Under the pieces are notes generated by a model, which was not told the DNA's origin, searched no databases, and saw only the letters and a program-made list of their open reading frames with translations. Positions 35,589 through 44,727 of a stretch of 64,000 bases of DNA are shown here, one piece after another. Made by a program: the position numbers and the translations under genes. This DNA is from an uncultured Gammaproteobacteria bacterium (GTDB lineage: Bacteria > Patescibacteriota > Patescibacteriia > UBA1558 > 2-01-FULL-52-15), in NCBI GenBank assembly GCA_964540995.1, contig CAZIOU010000001.1:6742-70741 (forward strand), written 5' to 3'. Each line of letters begins with the position of its first letter. Position 1 is the first letter of the stretch.

Positions 35589-35843
35589 ATGCCTCAAGAT
35601 CCAACATTCAAAGAAGATGGTAAGCGTCGTATATTCTGTGCCGCTTGCAGGCGTCACATCACTGATAGCTACCTGGGAGAAAAGAATACACGAAATATCC
35701 GCTGTAAAGGCTGCAAGTCAGTAAACATTGTATTCCCTCCCAGAAAAGGTGATATAGATGGCCAGAAGGTAATTTTGTTTGGTCCAGGCCAATCCATATT
35801 TACTGCTGATTTGACAGAATCCGAAATAGAAGATAGTCTGTAA
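35589..35843 (+). CDS. Com-like zinc-ribbon protein (Mu Com translational-regulator family)
   Basis: IFCAACRRH...NIRCKGCKSVNIVF matches the Com pattern (RCPHCNKLL...IKCPRCKALNHV). Divergent from the defence-like operon. Terminator hairpin at 35893-35943. Confidence 0.45.
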   Translation: MPQDPTFKEDGKRRIFCAACRRHITDSYLGEKNTRNIRCKGCKSVNIVFPPRKGDIDGQKVILFGPGQSIFTADLTESEIEDSL

Positions 35844-36815
35844 TTGACTTTAAAAACCGAACAGGGTTATAAAGGGTCGAAAGACCAAAGAGAACCCGCA
35901 AAGCATATACCTTCTCGCAAGGCATAGCTTTGCGGGTTTTTTGTTTGTCATGGGGATTTAGAAATGCTGATTTATCCCCATGAGTCAGCATTTTTTAGTT
36001 CAGTAATGTTACTCAATGTTACCAGTAGAAGCTATAGAAGAATTCAAGATTATCTACTCAAAAATACTTGGGGTTGCGTTGGATACCCCTGAAGCGCTGA
36101 AAAAGGCCGAAAATCTTTATAATCTGATTAAAGTCGTTTATCAAAAACCCATAGATCCCCAAAGAAAAACAGGGGTATAGGGACTACAAAGATGATTTGC
36201 AGAAACCAAAATTGTTCAAAAAAATAGCCAAACAAAGTCAAACAAAAATCGTCGCGGATACGGCCCGCCCGACGTTAAATAGGCTGGACTGCACACTGGG
36301 GAGCGGACTACCTTACATCAGATAAAAACTGATGCCTAACAATTCCGCACGTCACTTTTTTTAAGCAGGTGACGGAGGGAAATAGTTAACTTATGAGTAT
36401 CTATGAAAAATCTAAAAGAAAATCAAGGTTTAGCGATCTTGTTAGGATTGATCCTAAGCAAAAGCTATTTCTCCGTAAGCATAAGGACTGTCGGACTATG
36501 GCGGGGTTCTTGGATAAGATCATTAACCGCTATAAACGGGACATGCGTAGCGCTACAAAAGATTACAAAAACCGACAAAACCGGAGTGTTGATTTCAAGT
36601 CTTAATAACCCCACTTTTAGGGCCAATTATAGAGAAAGAGACTCTGAAAAAGTGTTGGTTGATTTAACCACTTTTGTAGTTTATAATGTTGATACAATTA
36701 AATATCGCACGCTAATGCATTCAGAAGCCCTCATCAGGCCTTGCATTAGCGTGCGGAACGATAGCAATATCGTTAAAACTGGTGGGGGCCTTTTAGTTCC
36801 CACGGAAAGGAAAAT

Positions 36816-37322
36816 ATGAACGAACAAAATCAAGCGAAATCAGGCAAGAAGTGGTATCAAAAATGGTGGGTTATAGCCCTTCTGCTGATGTTTTTCTATG
36901 GGCTCGGTAAAATGGCTCTGGAGCTGCCAAAGACCTCTACAGAGGCGTCACAATCGGCCACAGAGGCTCCCCAAAAAGTTGCCTATGAGGTAACAAAAGA
37001 ATGGGCAATACCTAATGGCGGTAAAGGGATGGTAATAGTGCTTTCGCCGGATAAGGTTAATCTCTCTGACATGGAACGATTGGGAGAGCAATTACGTGAG
37101 GCGGCTAAGTCCGACAGGGTTGGAAATGTGGTAATTTTTTCCGATAAGGCCACTGCTCAACAATATGATAATTCATTGAATTTAATTGAAGAGGAAAAAG
37201 TCAATTACCTCAAGCACTTAGTTGGGGTTTATAACAAAAACGTGAATACTGGTAGTCATGAATTTAGTATTTACTTGGATGGAATTGATGGAGCTGTAAC
37301 AAAAAAGATTCAATACGAATAA
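36816..37322 (+). CDS. hypothetical membrane-anchored/secreted protein
   Basis: 168 aa; RBS ggaaaggaaaat; N-terminal TM (WWVIALLLMFFYGLG); 6 nt before the recombinase gene. Confidence 0.5.
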   Translation: MNEQNQAKSGKKWYQKWWVIALLLMFFYGLGKMALELPKTSTEASQSATEAPQKVAYEVTKEWAIPNGGKGMVIVLSPDKVNLSDMERLGEQLREAAKSDRVGNVVIFSDKATAQQYDNSLNLIEEEKVNYLKHLVGVYNKNVNTGSHEFSIYLDGIDGAVTKKIQYE

Positions 37323-37328
37323 TGTAAA

Positions 37329-38987
37329 ATGTCATCTAAGTATTTTATCTACGCGCGCAAATCCTCCGAAGCTGAAGATCGGCAGGTTTTATCTATTGAG
37401 TCTCAAATCGATGATTTAACTGCTTTAGCAAACAAGCAGGGTTATCAGATTGCTGACATTTTGACTGAGGCAATGTCTGCGAAAGCTCAGGGTAGGCCTA
37501 TCTTCACATCTATGATAGAGAGAATTACAGCTGGTGAGGTAAGGGGTATTATTTGTTGGAAAGTTGATCGGCTGGCGCGAAATATGATAGATGGCGGTTG
37601 GGTTATGGATAGTCTTCAAAATGGTGTTATAGAGCATATAGTGACCCCTGAGCGCGAATATAGGCCCAAAGATAATGTACTACTAATGTCTGTCGAATTC
37701 GGAATGGCTAATCAGTTTATTCGTGATCTAAGCTCAAATGTGAAACGTGGCATACGAAAGAAAATAGAAAAAGGTCAGCTCCCTGGCGTCGCACCTTTGG
37801 GGTATATGAATCAAAAGAATCGAGAGACGGCCGAGAACCAGATTATGCCTGACCCTGATCGTTTTCAGATGATGCGGATGCTTTTTGATGAATTCTTAAA
37901 GGGTACTCACACAATTCGTACCCTGCAGGGGTTGGCACATGATTGGGGTTTCCGTAGTCCACAGAAAAGAAAAGTCGGAGGAAACTTTATGGGATCAAGT
38001 ACTGTCCACAGAATACTCACTAACCCCTTCTATTGTGGTTTTCTAAGATTTAATGGAGACATTCATAAAGGCTCACATCAGCCCATGATTACTGTAGACG
38101 AGTTTGATCGTATTCAGTTAATACTTGGGAGAAAAGGGAAGCCTCGGCCACAAAAGCATAAATTCCCATTTACAGGGATTATGGAGTGTGGCGAATGCGG
38201 AGGCAGTGTGACGGCAGAGATAAAGAAAAAGAGCTTAAAGTCAGGCGAAGTAAAATTCTACACTTACTATCATTGTACAAAGCGACTTAATCCTATGTGC
38301 ACTCAAGCATGTATTGAAACAGCCGAATTAGAGAAACAGATTGAGAGCTACTTAGAATCCATCACTATTCCTGAAGAGTTTAAAGACTGGGCTATTAGAT
38401 GGCTCAATAAGCTTAACGATCAAGAGATCAACCACAGGTCAACAATTTATATAAACCAGCAAGATACGAGAAATAAAATTCAGAACGATGTTGATGAATT
38501 AACAAAGATGAGGTTTAGAAATCTCATCAACGATGAAGAGTATATAAAACAAAAAAACCTACTTCTTAAAGAGTTGAGAAGTATGGACGAAAGACTACGA
38601 GATACTGAAGATCGTGCGTCTAAGTGGCTGGAGCTATCTGAAAAGACTTTCGATTTAGCTTGCTATGCAAAGTCATGGTTTCAAATTGGCGATATAGAGC
38701 AACGTCGCATGATTTTGACCTCACTTGGTTCGCACCAAGTGTTATTTAACAAGAAACTTACAATTACCTTGGATAAACCATTGTCAATCATCAGTGATAC
38801 GGCTGAAGAGATACGCGCAGATTGCACTCGGTTAGAACCAGAGAAAATACTGTCAGGACAAACAAAAAACAGAGCTTCAGACTCCATTTCTTCTCGATGG
38901 CTCCCCACACGGGACGGAGTTCGAACCTTTTCTAATTCAACCATGAAGCCTGAATCTCGTCTAGGCAGGCAGAAAAGAAAGGTATGA
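37329..38987 (+). CDS. large serine recombinase (phage-integrase type, resolvase/invertase catalytic domain + recombinase + zinc-ribbon + coiled-coil)
   Basis: FIYARKSSEAEDRQ...IICWKVDRLARN (catalytic Ser domain); CGECGG...YYHCTK zinc ribbon; coiled-coil C-terminus; 552 aa. Confidence 0.85.
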   Translation: MSSKYFIYARKSSEAEDRQVLSIESQIDDLTALANKQGYQIADILTEAMSAKAQGRPIFTSMIERITAGEVRGIICWKVDRLARNMIDGGWVMDSLQNGVIEHIVTPEREYRPKDNVLLMSVEFGMANQFIRDLSSNVKRGIRKKIEKGQLPGVAPLGYMNQKNRETAENQIMPDPDRFQMMRMLFDEFLKGTHTIRTLQGLAHDWGFRSPQKRKVGGNFMGSSTVHRILTNPFYCGFLRFNGDIHKGSHQPMITVDEFDRIQLILGRKGKPRPQKHKFPFTGIMECGECGGSVTAEIKKKSLKSGEVKFYTYYHCTKRLNPMCTQACIETAELEKQIESYLESITIPEEFKDWAIRWLNKLNDQEINHRSTIYINQQDTRNKIQNDVDELTKMRFRNLINDEEYIKQKNLLLKELRSMDERLRDTEDRASKWLELSEKTFDLACYAKSWFQIGDIEQRRMILTSLGSHQVLFNKKLTITLDKPLSIISDTAEEIRADCTRLEPEKILSGQTKNRASDSISSRWLPTRDGVRTFSNSTMKPESRLGRQKRKV

Positions 38988-39157
38988 ATCTGTCAAAGGA
39001 GGACCTTGACGAACTCAAGGAAATTTATTTTAAGGAGACTAGAAAGAGGCTTACGGATGACGAAGCTCTAGCTATGGCACGTCAGCTGTTTCGAGTCTAT
39101 AGGGTTTTATATAGTAGAAAGCCAAACCAGCCAGCTGACCCCATTCTAGACAAATAA
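38984..39157 (+). CDS. small ORF (57 aa) translationally coupled (ATGA) to the serine recombinase; possible accessory/directionality factor
   Basis: MNLSKEDLDELKEIYFKETRKRLTDDEALAMARQLFRVYRVLYSRKPNQPADPILDK. Below the 60-aa cutoff of the ORF track. Confidence 0.25.
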   Translation: MNLSKEDLDELKEIYFKETRKRLTDDEALAMARQLFRVYRVLYSRKPNQPADPILDK

Positions 39158-39245
39158 CCCAATCTCTGGTATTGCTACTTTGTTGTTAATTCTCTCCAGC
39201 CTTCTGCCTACGCATGGTGCGCAGTCAGCATTTCTGGAGGGAATT

Positions 39246-39644
39246 GTGAAACGCTTTGCTCTTCTGTCCTTTAGCTTACTCTGCCTAGCTTTCACGGCTC
39301 TGGTCGGATTCCACATCGGACAAGGAACTGCCACGGCCCAGAGCGGACTGATGTCGACCTCGGCAGTCGTGACCGTCGGCTTTCAAAAAGCTCTCCTGGT
39401 CAATGGCGAAATCTGGAAACTCGAAATCGGCGCAGGCTGGTTAAATACCGGCCAGTCTTCACCAGTCCCGGTCACAGACGTTGTCTTTCTCTTCGAAACA
39501 GATGGCTCCGACCCGGCCATTATCGATCGAAGTGGAAACGGATGGGGTTATCGCAATAATCACTGGACAAACTACGGACCGCCACCCGTTGCTGTGACAA
39601 CACAGCCGACCACCTGGAGCGCCATCAAGGCGCAGCACAGGTAA
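39246..39644 (+). CDS. GC-rich secreted hypothetical protein (GTG start)
   Basis: RBS ggaggg; signal peptide KRFALLSFSLLCLAFTALVG; perfect hairpin terminator cggccagcttcgc gat gcgaagctggccg at 39652-39680. Confidence 0.4.
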   Translation: MKRFALLSFSLLCLAFTALVGFHIGQGTATAQSGLMSTSAVVTVGFQKALLVNGEIWKLEIGAGWLNTGQSSPVPVTDVVFLFETDGSDPAIIDRSGNGWGYRNNHWTNYGPPPVAVTTQPTTWSAIKAQHR

Positions 39645-39822
39645 AACCAAGCGGCCAGCTTCGCGATGCGAAGCTGGCCGTTGAACATTTTAAATACAGT
39701 TAGGTAGGATGCTCTTGAAGAGCTTAAGAAGATTCATCTCGAGGAAACCGTGAAGATACTGGCTGAGAATCAGGCGCTGACTATTGCAAGGAATTTGTTT
39801 GCTCTGGTTAAAGCTCTTGGCT

Positions 39823-40818
39823 CTAGGCGCGACCCTGACGCCTAGCGTCAGACCATGGCTTCTCATATTTCTCGTAATACTCTCTTTCAAGTAATCCGGG
39901 GTGGAGACTTCCATCAAGCATTTTCTGCATAACTTCTCTGTTACTACCATAAGCAAACTCAATAGCATGGGACGCAATCAGAATGTTGAACAACCTCACG
40001 ACCTTATCTTGCGCGGAAAATAGTGCCTCTCTCTTGATCTTCGTTGAACCCATCGGATATGTCAATTGAATTAGAATCTCTGGCGTGAGTGCGAAGTATT
40101 TATTTCTATCTAAAAAAGTTGGACCATAAAAAGTCTTTGGTGGCAGCCACCACTCCACGATTGGAGAGTCAGAAGTGATGAATTGCTCATTGCCCTTAGC
40201 AATATATATTTTCCATTTCATTCCATAGAACATATTCGCGAAGCCCGGACCACCAAACCCTAAGTGTGTGGTCATAAATTTGAGATGTTGCGCGTTACTG
40301 ACACGCAAATCCCAGTTATCACTTCTCATAAACTCTAAGAGGTCATCTTTTTCCTTCTCTGTCATGACTTTCCCGGTATCCTTCAGATATTTGTTAATGG
40401 TCTCACGATCAAACCAGTTAATCATAACTTTCGCTGCCTGCTTTTCATAAGATTGGATTTGCTCTCTCATGGCTGGTGAACGTAGCCACATCAAACTCAT
40501 AAAGACTGAAAGAATGTATTTGTCCGTGTCGTCTAAATATTGATAGTCAACAATCTTCTTAATGATTACTGGAAGTTCCTTGGCGATCGCATCCTCAAAT
40601 TGATTTAGCCAGGATTCAACTTGCTGTGACACCTCATCTGGCTCACCTGTTCTTCCGGCATAATAGTAGTGTTTATAACCAATGCCTGACGTCGGTTTCG
40701 GATTGCTTAGACGTTTATTCTTTAGGTCTAGCGGATGCAGCTTACCATCTTCATCAGTAAACCTTCTCAGATAGAACTGAGGCACATAATGTTGTTTTTT
40801 TGTTTCCGTGTCCGCCAT
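39823..40818 (-). CDS. DUF4238-family protein
   Basis: N-terminus KQHYVPQFYLRRF, typical of DUF4238; 331 aa. Confidence 0.55.
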   Translation of the reverse strand: MADTETKKQHYVPQFYLRRFTDEDGKLHPLDLKNKRLSNPKPTSGIGYKHYYYAGRTGEPDEVSQQVESWLNQFEDAIAKELPVIIKKIVDYQYLDDTDKYILSVFMSLMWLRSPAMREQIQSYEKQAAKVMINWFDRETINKYLKDTGKVMTEKEKDDLLEFMRSDNWDLRVSNAQHLKFMTTHLGFGGPGFANMFYGMKWKIYIAKGNEQFITSDSPIVEWWLPPKTFYGPTFLDRNKYFALTPEILIQLTYPMGSTKIKREALFSAQDKVVRLFNILIASHAIEFAYGSNREVMQKMLDGSLHPGLLEREYYEKYEKPWSDARRQGRA

Positions 40819-40961
40819 AGAGTCGTAATAGCAAGTTATTACGGCAGGGTCAACCTAATAGGTTGAGATCTCTATCGCCCTTTTTTGGTTATCCACACCT
40901 CCCCGTACACATTCTACTTTAACCCATCTAGACGGACATAAAAAAACAGCCTTTTCAGACT

Positions 40962-40990
40962 TGGCTCACCATTAGGGATTCGAACCCCTA
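40962..40990 (-). pseudogene. orphan tRNA 3' fragment (T-arm + acceptor 3' strand + CCA), possible integration-site remnant
   Basis: Reverse complement TTAGGGGTTCGAATCCCTAATGGTGAGCCA; no complementary 5' acceptor strand or D/anticodon arms could be found upstream. Confidence 0.35.
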
Positions 40991-41048
40991 ATTATGAATT
41001 GCGTATTCCCAATTACGCCTTACGCTTTACGTATTACGATCTATAAAC

Positions 41049-41123
41049 TGGTGACCCTACCGGGAATCGAACCCGGATTGCAAGGTTGAGAACCTTGTGT
41101 CCTAACCGTTAGACGATAAGGCC
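41049..41123 (-). tRNA. tRNA-Glu (anticodon CUC), CCA encoded
   Basis: Hand fold: acceptor GGCCUUA/UAGGGUC, D-stem GUCU/GGAC, anticodon stem CAAGG/CCUUG with loop UUCUCAA, T-arm CCGGG-UUCGAUU-CCCGG, A73, CCA. Confidence 0.85.
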
Positions 41124-41130
41124 GTATTTG

Positions 41131-41244
41131 CGGTGCTTGGTACTAGCTGCTTGGTGCTCGGAAATCGTTACCGGATCGTGAATACCGAATTCCTCTCTTC
41201 CCAGTCCCGAGTAACGAGTACCTAGTACCTAGTACCTAGTACCG
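41131..41244. repeat. GC-rich palindromic intergenic element (family copy 6), with (CCTAGTAC)x3 tandem and a TAACTAATAAC tail
   Basis: ggtgcttggtactagctgcttggtgctcggaaatcgttaccggatcg...cccgagtaacgagtacctagtacctagtacctagtacc. Confidence 0.65.
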
Positions 41245-41337
41245 AACTAACTAATAACAAATAACACTTTCTTCAATTCTTTTCAAGTCCCAAATAAAAC
41301 CCGCCTAAGTTGTTTAGGCGGGGATAGGTTCGGCTCG

Positions 41338-41730
41338 TCAGCTGAAGCCTTTCTTGGCTGGTATCAGCCACAGCGGTTGACGCAGGATGACCGACAGTGA
41401 GTCACCGAAATAGAAGTAGGGATCGCTCGTCAGACCGATAGTACGACCATACTGACGCAGTGCCTTTGCTTCTGTCGGCCCATGCGCCATTTCGATCTGA
41501 TAAATGACGGCCTGGAAGGCGATAATGGCCTGCTTGCGCTGGACTCGGAGGCTGTCAACTTGTGTTTGCAGTGACTGCACACGATGCCGATACTGTTCGG
41601 TCTGCGCAACGGCTGCGAGGCCAGTGAGACCGAGGACGTACCCGATGATTATAACCATGTTGCGACGCACGGCTTGGCTCCTTCGGATAGGTAGAGTAGT
41701 AAGGAACGATACACTGAAATCGTAGTCCAA
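41338..41730 (-). CDS. hypothetical small membrane-anchored protein (GC-rich)
   Basis: ORF with an internal Met followed by a TM segment, MVIIIGYVLGLTGLAAV. Confidence 0.3.
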   Translation of the reverse strand: MDYDFSVSFLTTLPIRRSQAVRRNMVIIIGYVLGLTGLAAVAQTEQYRHRVQSLQTQVDSLRVQRKQAIIAFQAVIYQIEMAHGPTEAKALRQYGRTIGLTSDPYFYFGDSLSVILRQPLWLIPAKKGFS

Positions 41731-41797
41731 CAGGCTACTTTGTCAATGCTGGATTAAAAAAAAGGGACTCGATTACTCAAGTCCCTTGCGTCATAGG

Positions 41798-42022
41798 CTA
41801 GCCTCCTGGATCGTTGCAGTTGCAGGGTCCGGATGGAAATCGGCGTTGATTACATGTGGAGCAGATAGCGTAACTACAGCGGCCGTTCGGCAAACTTCTC
41901 CAAGCAGAGAAATAATATTCTGCACCGCAGGAGCTACAAACAAAAGTTGATTCCCAGTCGTTGGTATTTGTCTGTCGATCTGCTTCACATTTGGTTACAT
42001 ATCCGGTGCATTGATAGCTCAT
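41798..42022 (-). CDS. hypothetical Cys-rich small protein (10 Cys in 74 aa)
   Basis: CTGYVTKC...CSSC...C..C..C...CNC pattern. Confidence 0.3.
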   Translation of the reverse strand: MSYQCTGYVTKCEADRQTNTNDWESTFVCSSCGAEYYFSAWRSLPNGRCSYAICSTCNQRRFPSGPCNCNDPGG

Positions 42023-42103
42023 ATGACACTCCTTGGAGCAAAGAAAGCGGGACAGCTGTCGCTGTCCCGCCCAAGTGTACTACTCCAACTAGTTTGTCGG
42101 AGA

Positions 42104-42466
42104 TTACAGGTCATCATCGAGGTCGAGCTCGAAGACATCGTCTCGCAGTTTTCGTTTTGAACCAGGGATTTGATTCAGATCGTCATCAAGATCGAAACGT
42201 GTCTTTGTTGCTCCGAATGCTTGAGGATGGCTGTCACTAGAGTGCCGATGAAGTCGATCAAATCGATCCTCGAAACGATCGCCATCGACGTCGAAAGTGA
42301 CTCGTTCAACAATGGGCAGATCGAGAGGTTCTGGGTCGATGGGCTCGATTGGTTTCACCAAGTCATCCTTGAATTTCCGGCTGCGCTGACCGTAGGGGTC
42401 GGTTGCATCAACTGGATTCAGTTCGTGGGTGACGTGTGGTCTCATGTCTCTCATCGGGAAGGGCAT
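42104..42466 (-). CDS. hypothetical acidic, low-complexity protein
   Basis: 120 aa, Asp/Glu-rich (DLDDDL repeats); GC-rich. Confidence 0.3.
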   Translation of the reverse strand: MPFPMRDMRPHVTHELNPVDATDPYGQRSRKFKDDLVKPIEPIDPEPLDLPIVERVTFDVDGDRFEDRFDRLHRHSSDSHPQAFGATKTRFDLDDDLNQIPGSKRKLRDDVFELDLDDDL

Positions 42467-42698
42467 GGTGAACTCGCTTTGCTGATATTGACCGGTATCA
42501 TCTACTCAGACATTTGCCGAGTAGAAAAATTGTTAAAAGATCTAATAATTATATTATGGTATATATGCTTTAATCCGTCAATGTTATTGTCAAGAGCTAT
42601 TTTACTAGCAAAAATCACTAGTTTTGACCGATGAATTTGGTGGTGCAAATAGACTGTAAATTGATTTTTGCCAGCGTACTTGATAATATCAAATAACT

Positions 42699-43388
42699 AT
42701 GTCTGAAATTATTAGCGTACCTCGACACATCGGCATCATCCCCGACGGTAATCGTCGCTGGGCCAAGGCCAAGGGCTTACCAAGCCTCAAAGGCCACGAG
42801 GCTGGCTTCAAAGTATTGCCATCAGTGGCTGAAGCGGCCTTTGATGCTGGAGTGGAGGTGTTCTCAGCTTGGGGCTTCTCGACTGAGAATTGGAATCGTA
42901 CTGCTGAAGAAGTGTCCTATCTGATGGATCTTTTTATTCATTACTTAGGTCAAGAAGCCAACGAATTGCATCAGAAAAATATCAAATTATTAGTGAGCGG
43001 TTCACGAGCAGAGTTGAGCGACAAGCTGGTGCAGGCTATCGAGCAGGCAGAGCAACTGACAGGTAATAATAGTAGAGGAGTGATCAACGTTTGTCTGAAT
43101 TATGGTGGTCGACAGGAATTGGTAGATGCGGTCAATGGATTAATCAAAGAAGGCAAGACGGCAGTTACGGCCGACGATCTTACACGCCATTTGTATCATC
43201 AATTACCTGACTTAGACCTGATTATCCGCACAGCAGGGGAGCGGCGGTTGTCTGGCTTCATGCCGTGGCAGGGAATCTACAGTGAACTGTATTTTAGCGA
43301 CAAGCTATGGCCAGATTTCTCACCTGATGACTTGCACGCGGCGCTGCAAGATTTCGCCAATCGTAAACGCACCTTTGGTGGAAATTGA
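42699..43388 (+). CDS. uppS: ditrans,polycis-undecaprenyl-diphosphate synthase
   Basis: IPRHIGIIPDGNRRWAKAKGL... cis-prenyltransferase signature; 229 aa. Confidence 0.9.
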   Translation: MSEIISVPRHIGIIPDGNRRWAKAKGLPSLKGHEAGFKVLPSVAEAAFDAGVEVFSAWGFSTENWNRTAEEVSYLMDLFIHYLGQEANELHQKNIKLLVSGSRAELSDKLVQAIEQAEQLTGNNSRGVINVCLNYGGRQELVDAVNGLIKEGKTAVTADDLTRHLYHQLPDLDLIIRTAGERRLSGFMPWQGIYSELYFSDKLWPDFSPDDLHAALQDFANRKRTFGGN

Positions 43389-43508
43389 ATTAGAACCAAG
43401 TATAAAGTAGAAAGTATAAGGTATAAAGTATGTGGCCTAAGGTAGGAACAGAACGTAACAATACATTATACATTCTACCTAATACCTAATACTTTTTAAT
43501 AATATTTT

Positions 43509-43832
43509 ATGACGCCAGAACGCTGGGAACAAGTCAAACGATTACTTCAAGACCAGTTTGAGATCGCTGATGAGTACGATGAGCAGCTCGATCCGGGTTC
43601 GGCCCACTGTCTCGAATGCATCTCGCCGCTCGGTACATTAAAAATTTGTTTTGTTACGCAACCGAAACTTCTGGACAAAAAAACCAATTATTCTCATCGT
43701 GCTGGCGGTGAAACTTCTGTTTCGTATGAATATGACTCAAATGAGCAATCTTCGCACTTAGAGATTTCTCGTTGGGATGAAGCGTCGGGCAGCTGGCAAG
43801 AAATGTCGCCCGACACGCTACCGCTGACTTGA
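43509..43832 (+). CDS. hypothetical protein
   Basis: 107-aa acidic ORF. Confidence 0.35.
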   Translation: MTPERWEQVKRLLQDQFEIADEYDEQLDPGSAHCLECISPLGTLKICFVTQPKLLDKKTNYSHRAGGETSVSYEYDSNEQSSHLEISRWDEASGSWQEMSPDTLPLT

Positions 43833-43874
43833 CTAAGTGTGGTATAATTTCTGATGTTGAAAGGAGGTGACATT

Positions 43875-44291
43875 GTGAAATTATCAGAACAATTAAAACT
43901 TTTAGAAATTACCATTGCCTTCACGGCCATATTGTATGTGGCTTCGATTGTGATGACGTATTATTTGAGTCCTCTTTATAGCTCCTTTGATACTACGATT
44001 TGGTTCGAACCATCGACCAATTGGAAACTCGGCAGCTATTTTGTGCAATCCTTACTGTTTGTCCTTGGTTATTCCTTGTTATATAACGGTATTCCGGGCA
44101 AAGGTATTCAGAAAGGCGTTCAATACGGTTTCTGGTTATGGATGATCGGTACGTTACCGACTTTATTCCTCTGCTTATCAGCTTTGGCTTTGCCTCTCGA
44201 ATTAACCATATCCTGGATGGTGACCTGGTTAGCTGCTAATGTATTATTTGGTCTCCTGATCGGTTGGATGTATCAGCCTCATAAGAAATAA
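43875..44291 (+). CDS. hypothetical membrane protein (GTG start after aggaggtg)
   Basis: Strong RBS aggaggtgacatt GTG; 4 predicted TM helices. Confidence 0.45.
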   Translation: MKLSEQLKLLEITIAFTAILYVASIVMTYYLSPLYSSFDTTIWFEPSTNWKLGSYFVQSLLFVLGYSLLYNGIPGKGIQKGVQYGFWLWMIGTLPTLFLCLSALALPLELTISWMVTWLAANVLFGLLIGWMYQPHKK

Positions 44292-44294
44292 TCA

Positions 44295-44726
44295 ATGTTT
44301 CATCGGATTAGAGTAATAGCTTTTATTATCGTGTTGGTCGCTATCGGCGGCGCGGTGGCTTGGTATCTTCAAGTCAATCACACTGGCACCGCTTCGCAAG
44401 CTTCGGGTGATCAGGCTACCCGACCAATCTTATCGGCTGGCGATTATCAGCAACGTGTGACGACCGTTTTGTCACGAGTATCAGCTGCGCCCGCTGATTC
44501 GCTTCCGGCAGCCATTACAGCGGCCCAGACAGAGCTCCAGACGCTGGTAGTCAATGATGATGTCAAATACGACCATCTGGCTCTATTTATGGCCTTTGAT
44601 CTCTGGGCACGTAAGACTCCTAATTATGACGAATTGGTCAGGAGTAAATTGGCGGCCTTTGCCCAACATCAGACCTGGTCAGCTGCTTCAGTGCAGGCCG
44701 TGATCTCCAAGCTTCCTACTTCCTAA
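44295..44726 (+). CDS. hypothetical membrane-anchored/secreted protein
   Basis: N-terminal TM/signal IRVIAFIIVLVAIGGAVAW; 143 aa. Confidence 0.45.
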   Translation: MFHRIRVIAFIIVLVAIGGAVAWYLQVNHTGTASQASGDQATRPILSAGDYQQRVTTVLSRVSAAPADSLPAAITAAQTELQTLVVNDDVKYDHLALFMAFDLWARKTPNYDELVRSKLAAFAQHQTWSAASVQAVISKLPTS

Positions 44727-44727
44727 T

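Noticed and set aside
36403-36819. 138-aa ORF ending in an ATGA overlap with the 36816 gene
   Set aside because: Contains a perfect 14-bp-stem hairpin and a second hairpin within its coding sequence, and has low-complexity translation. I kept it only as an ambiguity in the findings; a 70-aa basic ORF at 36393-36605 is the alternative.
39690-39977. 95-aa minus-strand ORF
   Set aside because: Overlaps the 3' end of the DUF4238 gene in another frame and follows the hairpin terminator of the convergent gene; likely spurious.
40962-41045. A second complete tRNA downstream of tRNA-Glu
   Set aside because: Only the T-arm/acceptor 3' half folds. No 5' acceptor strand complementary to ATGGTGA, and no D or anticodon arms could be found upstream. 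I called it a fragment.
42170-42634. 154-aa plus-strand ORF
   Set aside because: Antisense overlap with the acidic minus-strand ORF; Cys-rich junk-like. The region is of uncertain coding status anyway.
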